Below, piece by piece: positions 36,764-46,369 of a DNA stretch of 51,649 nucleotides. Within the stretch, counting starts at the first letter, position 1, and each line of letters opens with the position of its first letter. The position numbers were made by a program, and so were the translations under genes. Under the pieces are notes generated by a model. The model did no database searches. It was not told the origin of the DNA and saw only the letters and a program-made list of their open reading frames with translations. This stretch comes from Candidatus Hermodarchaeum yapensis. Its GTDB lineage: Archaea; Asgardarchaeota; Hermodarchaeia; Hermodarchaeales; Hermodarchaeaceae. The DNA is taken from contig JAEOSK010000019.1 of the NCBI GenBank assembly GCA_016840405.1, positions 1 to 51,649 on the forward strand, in the 5' to 3' direction.

Positions 36764-36949
36764 GCTCTTACAGGTTCGGTTTTAACAATTGAGCCGACCT
36801 AAATTTACTCTATTTAGGCATTCTTTTCATCGAAACAGATATGTGGCATCTTCGAAAGAGTAACAGATAGATCGGTGTAGCTTGGGGAACGAAGGTGTGC
36901 ACAGAATCAAGTTCATAATCCCCACCGAATCCCTCACAGGTGAATATGA

Positions 36950-39900
36950 ATGTCTAAATCTAAGAAGTTACCCCCTCTTGATCCCGACTTAGAGGAAGAA
37001 ATGTTCAAATCTATCGCTGAGAAGGCTCCACAAGGGATAGTAGTCTTACAAGGTGAAAGCATTCTCTATGCAAACGATATGCTGGGAGAACTAATGGGTA
37101 TCCCCCTTGAAGAGATCCATCAACTTAATGCCTTTGAGTTCATGAATTATATTGCTGACCCCGATCAAGCTGATGTCACTCGAAGATTGAAATCAGCGGT
37201 TCAAGGCGAGGTAAAAACTAAACTCTATGAGTTTCGTGTAAAGGATAGCAAGGGGGAGTTAAGGTGGCTTCAGGTTCTTCCACGCCTAATCACAATACAA
37301 GAGAAACCTGCAATACTAGCCATGATAACCGAAGTCACTGAACAAAAGCGTACAGAACAAGCCTACCGTGAACTGGTCGATCATTCCTTACAAGGAATCA
37401 TCATCATTCAAGATATGCAGGTCGTATTTTCCAATGAAGCCTTCGCAGAAATGAGTGGTTATACCCTTGATGAACTTCTAGCACTCACTCCAAAACAAGT
37501 GCAGGATAGTGTCCATCCTGATTACCAAACCCGTGTATGGGGTCGGATGCGAGAACGCCTCGAAGGCAAACCCGTTCCCTCACATTATTCCTTTAAAGCT
37601 ATTGGAAAAGATGGCAGTGAACGCTGGCTAGAAATGTATGTCATCGTCACCGAATATAATGGTAAACCTGCTATCCAAGCCACTTTCATTGATATCACAG
37701 AACGCCAAGAGGCAGACATCAAACTCCAAGAATCCGAGGCCCGCTACCGTGGATTATTCGACGACCTTCCTGTCGGTTTGTATCGAACCAGCAAAGATGG
37801 ACAAATCATCGATGCCAATCCGGCACTCATTAAATTACTTGGAGCCAAGGATATAGAAGAGCTTCTCGCTTTGAATGCCTCTGACTTCTATGTCGATCGT
37901 GATGAAAGAGAGCATTACGAAGAAATTCTCGGTCAAGAGGGCATCGTAACCGGTCATGATGTGCAATTCAAACGATTAGATGGCGAAGTTATTTGGGTTC
38001 ATGATACTTTCCGAGCCATTCGAGATGAGGCTGGGGCAGTCCATTATTATGAGGGATCGTTGGAGGATATCACCGATCAGAAACGAGCAGCGCTAGCTCT
38101 CAAAGAAAGTGAAGAGAAATACCGAACGCTGGTCGAAACATCACCCGACGCTATTACGGTTACAGACTTGGAAGGCAAAGTAATAATGTGCAACCAACAG
38201 GCATTACAATTGTATGGGATTGAGGATGAAAAGGATTTGTTAGGGGTCAGTGCATTCGAGCTTATTGATCCAGAAGATGTACCAATAGCGATGGAGAATT
38301 TACAAACAACCCTTCAAACAGGACGTTCTGGAACTTTAGAATATACATTACTTCGTCGTGACGGCACTCCTTATCCAGCTGAATTAAATGCTGCACTTCT
38401 CAAAGATGCTAAAGGAAACCCTACTGCATTCATCGGAGTTATACGTGATATCAGTAAGCGCAAGGAAGCTGAAGCAAAATACCAAAGCCTCTTCGATAGC
38501 GTTCCAATCGGACTCTACCGTACAATGCCAGATGGAACTATTCTCGATGGCAATCCTGCGCTAGTAGAAATTCTTGGGTTCAATACAAAAGCCCAACTTC
38601 TTGAACGAAATGCTTCCAGCTTCTATGCCGATCCAAATGCTCGAAAACAATGGGAAGTTATCATCGCGCGAGAAGATGTTGTTACGGGATTTCAAACTGA
38701 ATTCAAGCGTGACGATGGAAAGACTATCTGGGTGGAACTTTCAGTCCGTGCTGTTCGAGATGGGGAAGGAAATATTGAATGCTATGAAGGAAACCTGGAA
38801 GATATCACTGATCGGAAGCGCAGTGAAGAAGCTGTTCGGGAATCTGAAGCCAAGTACCGTGCACTAGTCGATCAATCTCTACAAGGGATTGTCATTTTTC
38901 AAGATAGTCGTATTGTTTTTGCGAATCCTCAATTGATGGATCAACTCCAAAAAACACCAGAGGATATCGTAGGTGCACCGCCAGAAACGTTTTGGAATTT
39001 GATTCATCCGGAAGACATTGAGATCCTTCAACAACGGATGCAAGACCGTGTTGCAGGTGAACCAGTTCCGGATCGATATGAAGTTCGGCTTCTCCGACCA
39101 GATGGCGGACCTATGTGGGTCGAATCCTATGTCAAACAAATCGACTATCAGGGGAAACCAGCCCTACAAGTCACCAGCATTGATGTCACTGAACGAAAAT
39201 TAGCTGAACAGGCGTTACAAGAATCAGAAGGGAAATACCGGAATCTCGTTGAACAATCCCTCTATGGCATCGTTATTTCCCAGGGTGACCCCCCACGAAT
39301 CTTTTTCGCAAATGAAGCCTTTTCCAAAATGATTGGATTTAGTGTTGAAGAAATCCTCGCCATGTCACCGAAGAAAGTCCAGAATCTGATTCATCCTTCT
39401 GATCAAGAACTGGTCTTAACCCGCGTAACACGCAGGCTAGAAGGAAAATCAGCACCTCCCCAATATGAATACCGATTGGTTCGAAAAGACGGAAGTGTTC
39501 GCTGGGTGGAAATCTTTGCCAACGTCATTGAGTACGAAGGGGAACCTGCCATCCAGGCGGCATATTCCGATATCACCGAACGCAAAAAGGCTGAAGCTGC
39601 GCTTCTTGAATCAGAAGAAAAATTCCGCGCCTTAGTCGAAGATTTATCCGATTGGGTCTGGGAACTCGATCTCAAAGGGACAATCACCTACAGCAACAGC
39701 GCCGTAGAAGATATTCTAGGCTTCTCCGCCGGTCAAGTCCTAGGACAGACACCGTGTGACTTTCTCCGACCCGAAGACGTCGAAAGAGCACAACAAACCT
39801 TCGCTGAACTCATCGAGAAACAACGACCCATTCGAACACTCGTCATCCAGTTTGTCCACCGCGATCACTCCGATGTCACTCTTGAAGCACGCGGAAGCCC

Positions 39901-40009
39901 TATATTTGATGAAAACGGAGCACTTCTTGGCTTCCGTGGTATCTTCCGAGATATCACTGATCGACTAAAAATGCTTGAACAACTTCGCGCACTCGATGAG
40001 CGATTGTGA
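36950..40009 (+). CDS. Multi-PAS (8x PAS-PAC) sensor protein without output domain
   Basis: Eight repeats of 'E.KYR.LVE.S..GI...N...IHP.D...DG...W...DITERK'; no HisKA, HATPase, GGDEF or REC domain; SD GGTGA. Confidence 0.9.
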   Translation: MSKSKKLPPLDPDLEEEMFKSIAEKAPQGIVVLQGESILYANDMLGELMGIPLEEIHQLNAFEFMNYIADPDQADVTRRLKSAVQGEVKTKLYEFRVKDSKGELRWLQVLPRLITIQEKPAILAMITEVTEQKRTEQAYRELVDHSLQGIIIIQDMQVVFSNEAFAEMSGYTLDELLALTPKQVQDSVHPDYQTRVWGRMRERLEGKPVPSHYSFKAIGKDGSERWLEMYVIVTEYNGKPAIQATFIDITERQEADIKLQESEARYRGLFDDLPVGLYRTSKDGQIIDANPALIKLLGAKDIEELLALNASDFYVDRDEREHYEEILGQEGIVTGHDVQFKRLDGEVIWVHDTFRAIRDEAGAVHYYEGSLEDITDQKRAALALKESEEKYRTLVETSPDAITVTDLEGKVIMCNQQALQLYGIEDEKDLLGVSAFELIDPEDVPIAMENLQTTLQTGRSGTLEYTLLRRDGTPYPAELNAALLKDAKGNPTAFIGVIRDISKRKEAEAKYQSLFDSVPIGLYRTMPDGTILDGNPALVEILGFNTKAQLLERNASSFYADPNARKQWEVIIAREDVVTGFQTEFKRDDGKTIWVELSVRAVRDGEGNIECYEGNLEDITDRKRSEEAVRESEAKYRALVDQSLQGIVIFQDSRIVFANPQLMDQLQKTPEDIVGAPPETFWNLIHPEDIEILQQRMQDRVAGEPVPDRYEVRLLRPDGGPMWVESYVKQIDYQGKPALQVTSIDVTERKLAEQALQESEGKYRNLVEQSLYGIVISQGDPPRIFFANEAFSKMIGFSVEEILAMSPKKVQNLIHPSDQELVLTRVTRRLEGKSAPPQYEYRLVRKDGSVRWVEIFANVIEYEGEPAIQAAYSDITERKKAEAALLESEEKFRALVEDLSDWVWELDLKGTITYSNSAVEDILGFSAGQVLGQTPCDFLRPEDVERAQQTFAELIEKQRPIRTLVIQFVHRDHSDVTLEARGSPIFDENGALLGFRGIFRDITDRLKMLEQLRALDERL

Positions 40010-40100
40010 ACTACACCCGCCTGAAGGAGGGGGTTTCTTGCTTCATGCCATCGACTCATGCCGACTAGTCTATAGGCTTTCCTCGCCGTTCCGACGATGT
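40006..40100 (-). mobile_element. Degenerate IS200/IS605 right end / TnpB omegaRNA remnant (no tnpB)
   Basis: Minus strand reads CGTCGGAACGGCG..AAAGCCTATAG...GAAGCAAGAAACCCCCTCCTTCAGGCGGGTGTAGTTCAC: subterminal hairpin plus TTCAC end. Confidence 0.7.
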
Positions 40101-40305
40101 TGCCTTGTTAAATGAGCCTTGGTTTCCGATCATCAACCGGGACCTTAACCCCTTATCTGGATAAACTCCGTGAATTATCTTCAATTTGAGTTATTGAATT
40201 TTTCTCACGACTTTTGAAAATCAGTTATTGTCTCAAACAAGAATTTGTATGTGATATAGTTTTTAATGGATAGCTAATCATTTATGCTCCACGAGCTGAA
40301 TATCT

Positions 40306-41472
40306 ATGATTGGAGATATAAGTACTAAGAAAGCTAATACATTACTTCGTCGAGCTAGTGCCGCCAGCACCTACCTTCTCTCTCAACGAACGGCCCTCGA
40401 ATCCAAACTGTTTCCTGTTACAGCCTACAACAGTGTTGCTTGCGCTCAAATCTACCGAGGCTACCAATATAACCTCTTTAAACAACTAGCAGAACACATT
40501 TCACCAGAAGAAATCGGGCAACGATCTCGAACGCTGGCTGCTTATCCCAATGTACTGGGAGTTTGGGCTTTCATCGGATTATGGGGACTAGGGCGGATGC
40601 AAGACCTTTTCGATGCAGGCGGTGCTGAAAACGAAACCCCTGAACGCCGTAAAGAAGCCAAATTCATGATTGATTTCTGGTATCGCATGGCCAACAACTA
40701 CTATGATAGCGACACGCCTTTAGCTGCTGAAAATAATGATACTGCCCAAGTTCTTCCTGACAAGATATTAGATATGGTCAAGCAAGAATTACAGCCAATC
40801 AATAAAGATCAGGTCAACAAGCTCAAACGTACGATGGCCCAACTCTACCTTGCTGAATTTCTCTCCTATTGCGAATGTCGAGCAAGCATTCATGAAATGG
40901 GTCCATATCCCATCAGTGATAATGAAGTCCTCATCTTCAGAGAATTCTCACCCCTCTATGATGGTTCTCGACTAATCTGGGACTGGCATGACACCGAAGC
41001 AAAATCCCCTGTCCCCAATCTCTCCGTTGCTCTCGTCCTGAAAGATATGGAAGAGCTAGTTTTCACGGATTTTGCAACCCTCTTTCCTAAACCTGAAGAT
41101 TACACCGACCATATCACACAATTCGCCCTTTTCACACGCTACGGTGATAAAATCGAAACCACGCCTTTCAATGTCCTCACCGACCTAGAGAAATTCGCTA
41201 CTGATGTCCAAACTGAACTATACCTTGAATTCGCTGAATGGGACGACGTCACACGTCTGAAAGCTGGATCCTCCGTCTTCTTGAAATGGTTCTACATTTT
41301 CACTGACATGGGTAATATCACCGACAAAGTCACCATGGGATTAGACGAAAACCTCGTGGGCGATTACATCGAGTTGATGCTCAATTCAATGGGGCACCCC
41401 GCTTGGGCACGACTCTTTCGCAGCAAAGAAGAATGTGATAAAGATCCTTCCTTTTACGAGCTCCTCGATTAA
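40306..41472 (+). CDS. Hypothetical protein, candidate substrate-binding subunit of the split PEP-utilising phosphotransferase
   Basis: 'RT.LES.LFPV.AY', 'E.R...H..GPY' and 'D..TL...P.DY' resemble proteins I recall next to stand-alone PEP-utiliser mobile domains in bacteria; not verified. Confidence 0.55.
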   Translation: MIGDISTKKANTLLRRASAASTYLLSQRTALESKLFPVTAYNSVACAQIYRGYQYNLFKQLAEHISPEEIGQRSRTLAAYPNVLGVWAFIGLWGLGRMQDLFDAGGAENETPERRKEAKFMIDFWYRMANNYYDSDTPLAAENNDTAQVLPDKILDMVKQELQPINKDQVNKLKRTMAQLYLAEFLSYCECRASIHEMGPYPISDNEVLIFREFSPLYDGSRLIWDWHDTEAKSPVPNLSVALVLKDMEELVFTDFATLFPKPEDYTDHITQFALFTRYGDKIETTPFNVLTDLEKFATDVQTELYLEFAEWDDVTRLKAGSSVFLKWFYIFTDMGNITDKVTMGLDENLVGDYIELMLNSMGHPAWARLFRSKEECDKDPSFYELLD

Positions 41473-41487
41473 CAGACGTGACACATC

Positions 41488-42390
41488 ATGTCCAGTGAAG
41501 TTCCACCATCAGATGAAGGGTTCCACAATCCAAAGACAATACCTGACTGGAAGGAATCCTACTACTTCCAGTTTTATGATCCCGAAGTCAAACTCTGTGC
41601 CTTCTTCTATATCTCCGCATATCCCAATGTTCCCAAACGGGACTATCTCGTTGCTTTTCTCACCGAAGGCGAAACCGACATCTACCTAAACTCCCTGCCC
41701 ACACCAGGCAAACTCGACTCTCTTGATGATGGGAAACTGCGATTCGAACTAGTTGAACCCAATGAACTGTGGAGAATTCACTTTGATGACGGTAAACGGT
41801 TTGCTAGCCTCGATTTTGCTGGACGCTTTGATCCCTTCGCCTACGACTCTACACAATCCTATCGAAAAGGCGTACTCGAACAAGAACACTACGAACAAGG
41901 CTGTTTCGTCGATGGCACGATTCGCCTTGCCAACGGTACAGAACACAAAATCGAATGTTTTGGTCACCGTGATCATTCATGGGGACTCCGCGACTACGCT
42001 GCAATTGATGAATGGAACTGGATTGCGGCCCAATTCTCATGGTGTACCATTAACATCATCAAGCTCCACATGGGCGACAAACTCGAAACGGCTGGATTCT
42101 TGTCAAGTCTAGTTGGAAACCAACGACTCACCGACATTTCAATCAAAATCCACTTCGAATACGATGATGTAACTCCCCAAGGTTATACTATCCATTTCAC
42201 CGACGAGCAAAAGAAAAAATGGCAACTCGATTCAATGAAACTCCAAACCATGATCTATCCTCCACGCCAATCCAAACCTGGACGAGAAACCAACATATAC
42301 GAAATCGTCTCCCAATTCACCCTCAAAGGTGATCCCAGTTTCGGTTATGGGATTGCGGAATTCCTCATCAGCCGAAAAACGCTCACTTAA
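41488..42390 (+). CDS. AttH/tocopherol-cyclase-like beta-barrel protein
   Basis: W.ESYYF.F.D, EHYEQ...V.G.I and GHRDHSWG.RD.....W.W motifs. Confidence 0.75.
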   Translation: MSSEVPPSDEGFHNPKTIPDWKESYYFQFYDPEVKLCAFFYISAYPNVPKRDYLVAFLTEGETDIYLNSLPTPGKLDSLDDGKLRFELVEPNELWRIHFDDGKRFASLDFAGRFDPFAYDSTQSYRKGVLEQEHYEQGCFVDGTIRLANGTEHKIECFGHRDHSWGLRDYAAIDEWNWIAAQFSWCTINIIKLHMGDKLETAGFLSSLVGNQRLTDISIKIHFEYDDVTPQGYTIHFTDEQKKKWQLDSMKLQTMIYPPRQSKPGRETNIYEIVSQFTLKGDPSFGYGIAEFLISRKTLT

Positions 42391-42404
42391 ACGGAAGGCT
42401 ATTC

Positions 42405-42851
42405 ATGCTTAATTTCAGTTATTTAATTCCTGGTGTTCTTGCGGGTTCAAGCATGCCTCGAGGAAGACAAGACCTGGAACGACTCGTAGATGAAGGCATC
42501 GAAGTTCTTGTTACGGCCATGGAAGAATCCCTTAACGAAGACCTCGTCAAAGATGTTGGACTCGAATACCACTACTATCCTGTGCCTCCCTATGGAACTC
42601 CAACTCTTCAGCAAATCAACGGCTTTGTCGAACTCGTAAACACAAATCGTGTTATGAACAGACCCGTCGCCATCCATTGCTTCATGGGTTGGGGACGCAC
42701 CGGTACATTACTAGCCGCATATCTCATTAGTGAAGGAATGAATGCTGATGAAGCTATTAATGAGGTGCGAGAGAAACGTTCAGGGTCTATCGAGACGCGC
42801 GGTCAGGAACAAATCCTTTACAGATATGCGCAAGATCTGGCAACACGCTGA
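42405..42851 (+). CDS. Dual-specificity (Cys-based) protein phosphatase
   Basis: HCFMGWGRT (CX5R) and AI..VR..R.GSIET..Q motifs. Confidence 0.92.
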   Translation: MLNFSYLIPGVLAGSSMPRGRQDLERLVDEGIEVLVTAMEESLNEDLVKDVGLEYHYYPVPPYGTPTLQQINGFVELVNTNRVMNRPVAIHCFMGWGRTGTLLAAYLISEGMNADEAINEVREKRSGSIETRGQEQILYRYAQDLATR

Positions 42852-42859
42852 TAGATTTG

Positions 42860-44272
42860 CTACTCTTTTTTCCAGAGTTCATCTCCGATATACGGGCCAA
42901 TTCCACTGGAATCTTTTGGACCCACTTTAACTGTCCACTTTGATGCTTCTTCGGTTTCTCCACTGAGACGCGCAGCCATGCCTGGACTAATGAGAATGCG
43001 ATGATTGACCTTCTTTTCTACGCCAGATTCTTTGATGGCCTCAGCAATCACATCAGCAGTAAGTTTTCTACCTGCAACTGCAGACTGAATGCTCAGCCCT
43101 TCCGTGTCAATTACGACCAGATAGGCGTCAATCCCAGCCTGTTTGATATCACTTTCAACCGTGAAATAGGTGAGAGCAAAATTCGAAGTATACATCACCG
43201 GTGAATCATTTGTCGGATGTCCGAATTCACGAAGCCCAGGTTCAACTGCAACCGGTTTCACTGGATCCGTAAAGAGATTCGTCCTAAGAAATGTTAGTGG
43301 CAGCTGAACCCACATATCTAGGCTATGCAACACGATGATATCCGCATACCGGATAATCATCGAAGCTCCAGCCAGCACTTCTTGCCATTTCGCCAGCTCT
43401 TCTGCTTCTCCCTCCTTATGATCTCCCCACACAGAAATCGGAGATGCTAGGAGCGGAAAACCAACACCTTCATCACCCTCCCGAGTCGCTGCACGCCGCA
43501 ACATAGTGAAATCATCAATCGTCGATCCTAAGGCTGCACTAAACTCATTGCCTGGATCGAGTACCACATCAAGTCCCATCTGATTAAAAGTAGAAGCTAG
43601 GGACTTTAATGCATTCAAGTCACCGGGTGCATAAACAACAACAGGAAGTTGATATTTCATAGCAATTTCTGACACTTCTTGCCAGCTGTCAGTCGTTGCG
43701 GCATAGAGAAGGGGACGCTTGGATTGTAACGCTTGTGCACCTGCCGCAAGTACCTTTGGATTCAACGAACACAACATAATTGGCCAATTGGTTAATTCAC
43801 CCAATCGTTTGGCTGCTTCAGCAAATTTCTTCGGATCTCCCGATACTGAACGTAATGCAATGCCGTCTAGGCGCAAATCCATGCCAATATACACATACGT
43901 CCAGTTCTCAATTTCTCCCACACGCTTCTTCATTTCTTCAGGTGCAGCTGAATCAGCCACATCCACAAAGAACGCTGTAGGATGCAAATACCGCAAGTCG
44001 TGCCGGTAGAGAACCAGTTCACCGCCAATCGAAACCTTGTGTTCACCACTCCCAATAACCACTTCTCGGACGGGTGGCCGCATCAGCTCTTCTAATTTAT
44101 CTCGCTTGTCAGCGTATTCTCTTTCACGATACAAGGGCGTACACGCTTTAATCCCAAGCGTGTATTCAGCTGCCTTTGTCGCAAATGCCATGCAATTTGC
44201 CTCCCCACACTCACCACAATTTGTCTGGGGAAGTAGCGGGTAAATGTCCATTGGACCAGCACGTTTAGCCAT
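42860..44272 (-). CDS. cdhE: Corrinoid/Fe-S protein large subunit (ACDS gamma)
   Basis: IYPLLPQTNCGECGEANCMAFA 4Fe-4S motif, GGELVLYRH, NLFTDP.KP, TSNFALTYFTVESD and VKVGPKDSS motifs. Confidence 0.96.
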   Translation of the reverse strand: MAKRAGPMDIYPLLPQTNCGECGEANCMAFATKAAEYTLGIKACTPLYREREYADKRDKLEELMRPPVREVVIGSGEHKVSIGGELVLYRHDLRYLHPTAFFVDVADSAAPEEMKKRVGEIENWTYVYIGMDLRLDGIALRSVSGDPKKFAEAAKRLGELTNWPIMLCSLNPKVLAAGAQALQSKRPLLYAATTDSWQEVSEIAMKYQLPVVVYAPGDLNALKSLASTFNQMGLDVVLDPGNEFSAALGSTIDDFTMLRRAATREGDEGVGFPLLASPISVWGDHKEGEAEELAKWQEVLAGASMIIRYADIIVLHSLDMWVQLPLTFLRTNLFTDPVKPVAVEPGLREFGHPTNDSPVMYTSNFALTYFTVESDIKQAGIDAYLVVIDTEGLSIQSAVAGRKLTADVIAEAIKESGVEKKVNHRILISPGMAARLSGETEEASKWTVKVGPKDSSGIGPYIGDELWKKE

Positions 44273-44486
44273 GAGAACGCCTCAAATGCTCTGAGTAGGC
44301 ATCTGGTATGCTGAGTTTAGATAATTAGCTTTTGTGCTTATGATAATATCATTGTAGAATTTGCTGAATCAGTAACCCAGAAGTTGCCTTTGAAATAACA
44401 ATACTTGCATTTTTAACATATGTTGCGAACGTCTTTGTGTTAAGAACGCAAAAGAAATCCTAGCAGTAGGTTTCGGGGTTATTCTG

Positions 44487-45587
44487 ATGTTGCAACCTTT
44501 GATAAAACGATATGGGGAAAGTGGTGACACCAATGAATTTGCTACAGAACTTGTTATAGCAAAAACTCGAGAGAACCAACTTCTAACTTCCATCCGGACA
44601 AAAGAGGGAAGACTGAAATTGATAAGCTGGCAAGTGCAGCGAGATGGATCGATTCTGCCGCTAAGTGATAGTGGTGATGACGGACCGGCGGTCACCACTA
44701 TTGACCTTGCTCGGAGGAAGAAAATTATCACCGCATATAGTACCGCTTCGAATAATCTACAATTGGCTAGTTGGACCGTACAGAAAGATGGAGAGATTGA
44801 ACATGTTGCTGACAGTGGTCCACAACCGGACGTGGTCAACGAAATTAGAATAGCAATGGCTTCAAACACGATTTTTGTGACCGTATGTCGAACCAATGAA
44901 GACAATTTGAAACTCATAAGTTGGCGTTTGAAAAAAGACGGAACGTTCCAGCGATTAGATGAAGCAAGCATTCCATCCCAAAAAATCTCTGAAATCTCTG
45001 TCCAAGTAATCACTAATCGTAAGCAGCTAGTTACCTCCGTAGGAACTGACATGAACCTACTCAAGCTCTATGTTTGGAACGTTTCGTCTAAAGGAAAAAT
45101 CAAGGTTCTAGGTGATAGTGGTTTCCAAGCAGGAAAAGCAACCATGATCCGTTCTGACTATCTTGACCCACATATTATTACCTCGGGGCGAGCTGGGAAT
45201 GGACGTCTCAAATTAATTGCATGGCAAATCAGTGATGATGGAAAAACGATTACACGGCTTAGCGATAGTGGCGATCAGGCTGGCATCATTAATGATAATG
45301 CCTTGATAAGTCTATCAGGAAAGTTAGTCTCAGCAGTTCGAACCAGTTCAGATAACCTGAAACTCATTACCTGGCATCTGGGCTCAAAAGGAGCATTTAC
45401 TCGAATTGGGGACTCTGGGTCACCAACTGATGAAGTATCCCAAGTTACGCTCTCCAAAGAAACAATTACTCGTCGAAACCTCATAGCAACAGCAGTACAA
45501 TATCCAGTTCCTCCAAGAAAAGAGCCCTCACTCGAAGACACAATGCCCCAAGCAGGGAACATGGGAATTGTTTTATGGGTTTTCTAG
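44487..45587 (+). CDS. Cytoplasmic beta-propeller repeat protein
   Basis: ~49-aa repeats 'L.T..RT....LKLISW.V..DG.I..L.DSG' (six clear, seventh split); no signal peptide. Confidence 0.75.
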   Translation: MLQPLIKRYGESGDTNEFATELVIAKTRENQLLTSIRTKEGRLKLISWQVQRDGSILPLSDSGDDGPAVTTIDLARRKKIITAYSTASNNLQLASWTVQKDGEIEHVADSGPQPDVVNEIRIAMASNTIFVTVCRTNEDNLKLISWRLKKDGTFQRLDEASIPSQKISEISVQVITNRKQLVTSVGTDMNLLKLYVWNVSSKGKIKVLGDSGFQAGKATMIRSDYLDPHIITSGRAGNGRLKLIAWQISDDGKTITRLSDSGDQAGIINDNALISLSGKLVSAVRTSSDNLKLITWHLGSKGAFTRIGDSGSPTDEVSQVTLSKETITRRNLIATAVQYPVPPRKEPSLEDTMPQAGNMGIVLWVF

Positions 45588-45680
45588 TTCGCATTTTATA
45601 ATACTAAATAGTTTAAATTATAGATACAATTATAAATAAACGCGTACTTCGAAAACAAACCCAAACACTAACAACTCTCT

Positions 45681-46235
45681 GTGGTTCACATGGCACTAGA
45701 TCGCAAAAACCTTGAACGACTAACTGAAGGTTATACAATCATCATAGGAATTGGAGTAATCATCACCATAGCAGGCCTTATCGCCTTCTCCATTTTATTA
45801 CTCTTGACTATCCCTTGGTTCTCCATTTCTCTTATCTTCGTATTCCTAGGGATGTGGATTGCAGCTAGTCAATGGAACGAATTGGGTAAAGGTCGAATTG
45901 TCGCTGGTTTTGTTGCCTCCATTACACGCCCAACCCGTATAACAACCGCTGCGAATTTACTCAATATGAAAAGATATGATTTCATTCATAGCTTATCAAA
46001 AATAATTACACGCGCGGTCGTTGAAGTCGAAATTTACCCTGAAGTAGATGCATTTGGACCAAAAGGTGTAAAACGACCCAAATCCGCTCCCAAAGACTAT
46101 CAACCTTCTCCTGTCACAACACTCAATCCCTATCAACGCTTAACTACAATCCTTCAATGGATTGGTCTTGTTGGAACAATAATTGCCATCATCTACCATA
46201 TTCTCGGTCTACTCAGATATCTTGGTGTTTTCTAA
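45681..46235 (+). CDS. Hypothetical membrane protein (start may be ATG 45690)
   Basis: Two N-terminal TM helices, soluble middle region, C-terminal TM helix. Confidence 0.65.
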   Translation: MVHMALDRKNLERLTEGYTIIIGIGVIITIAGLIAFSILLLLTIPWFSISLIFVFLGMWIAASQWNELGKGRIVAGFVASITRPTRITTAANLLNMKRYDFIHSLSKIITRAVVEVEIYPEVDAFGPKGVKRPKSAPKDYQPSPVTTLNPYQRLTTILQWIGLVGTIIAIIYHILGLLRYLGVF

Positions 46236-46369
46236 AAATCGCAAATTCACTGAAAACCGTTACTCCCCCAGAATGCTATTCCATGTTGATTACGCTGAGA
46301 TACATATAACACAAAACCTTTGAACTCAAAGAATTACCTCATCCCCACATCATCCACGGGGTTCCTGTC

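Noticed and set aside
44369-45064. 231-aa minus-strand ORF and other antisense ORFs in the track
   Set aside because: Shadow ORFs opposite well-supported genes, with no recognisable motifs.
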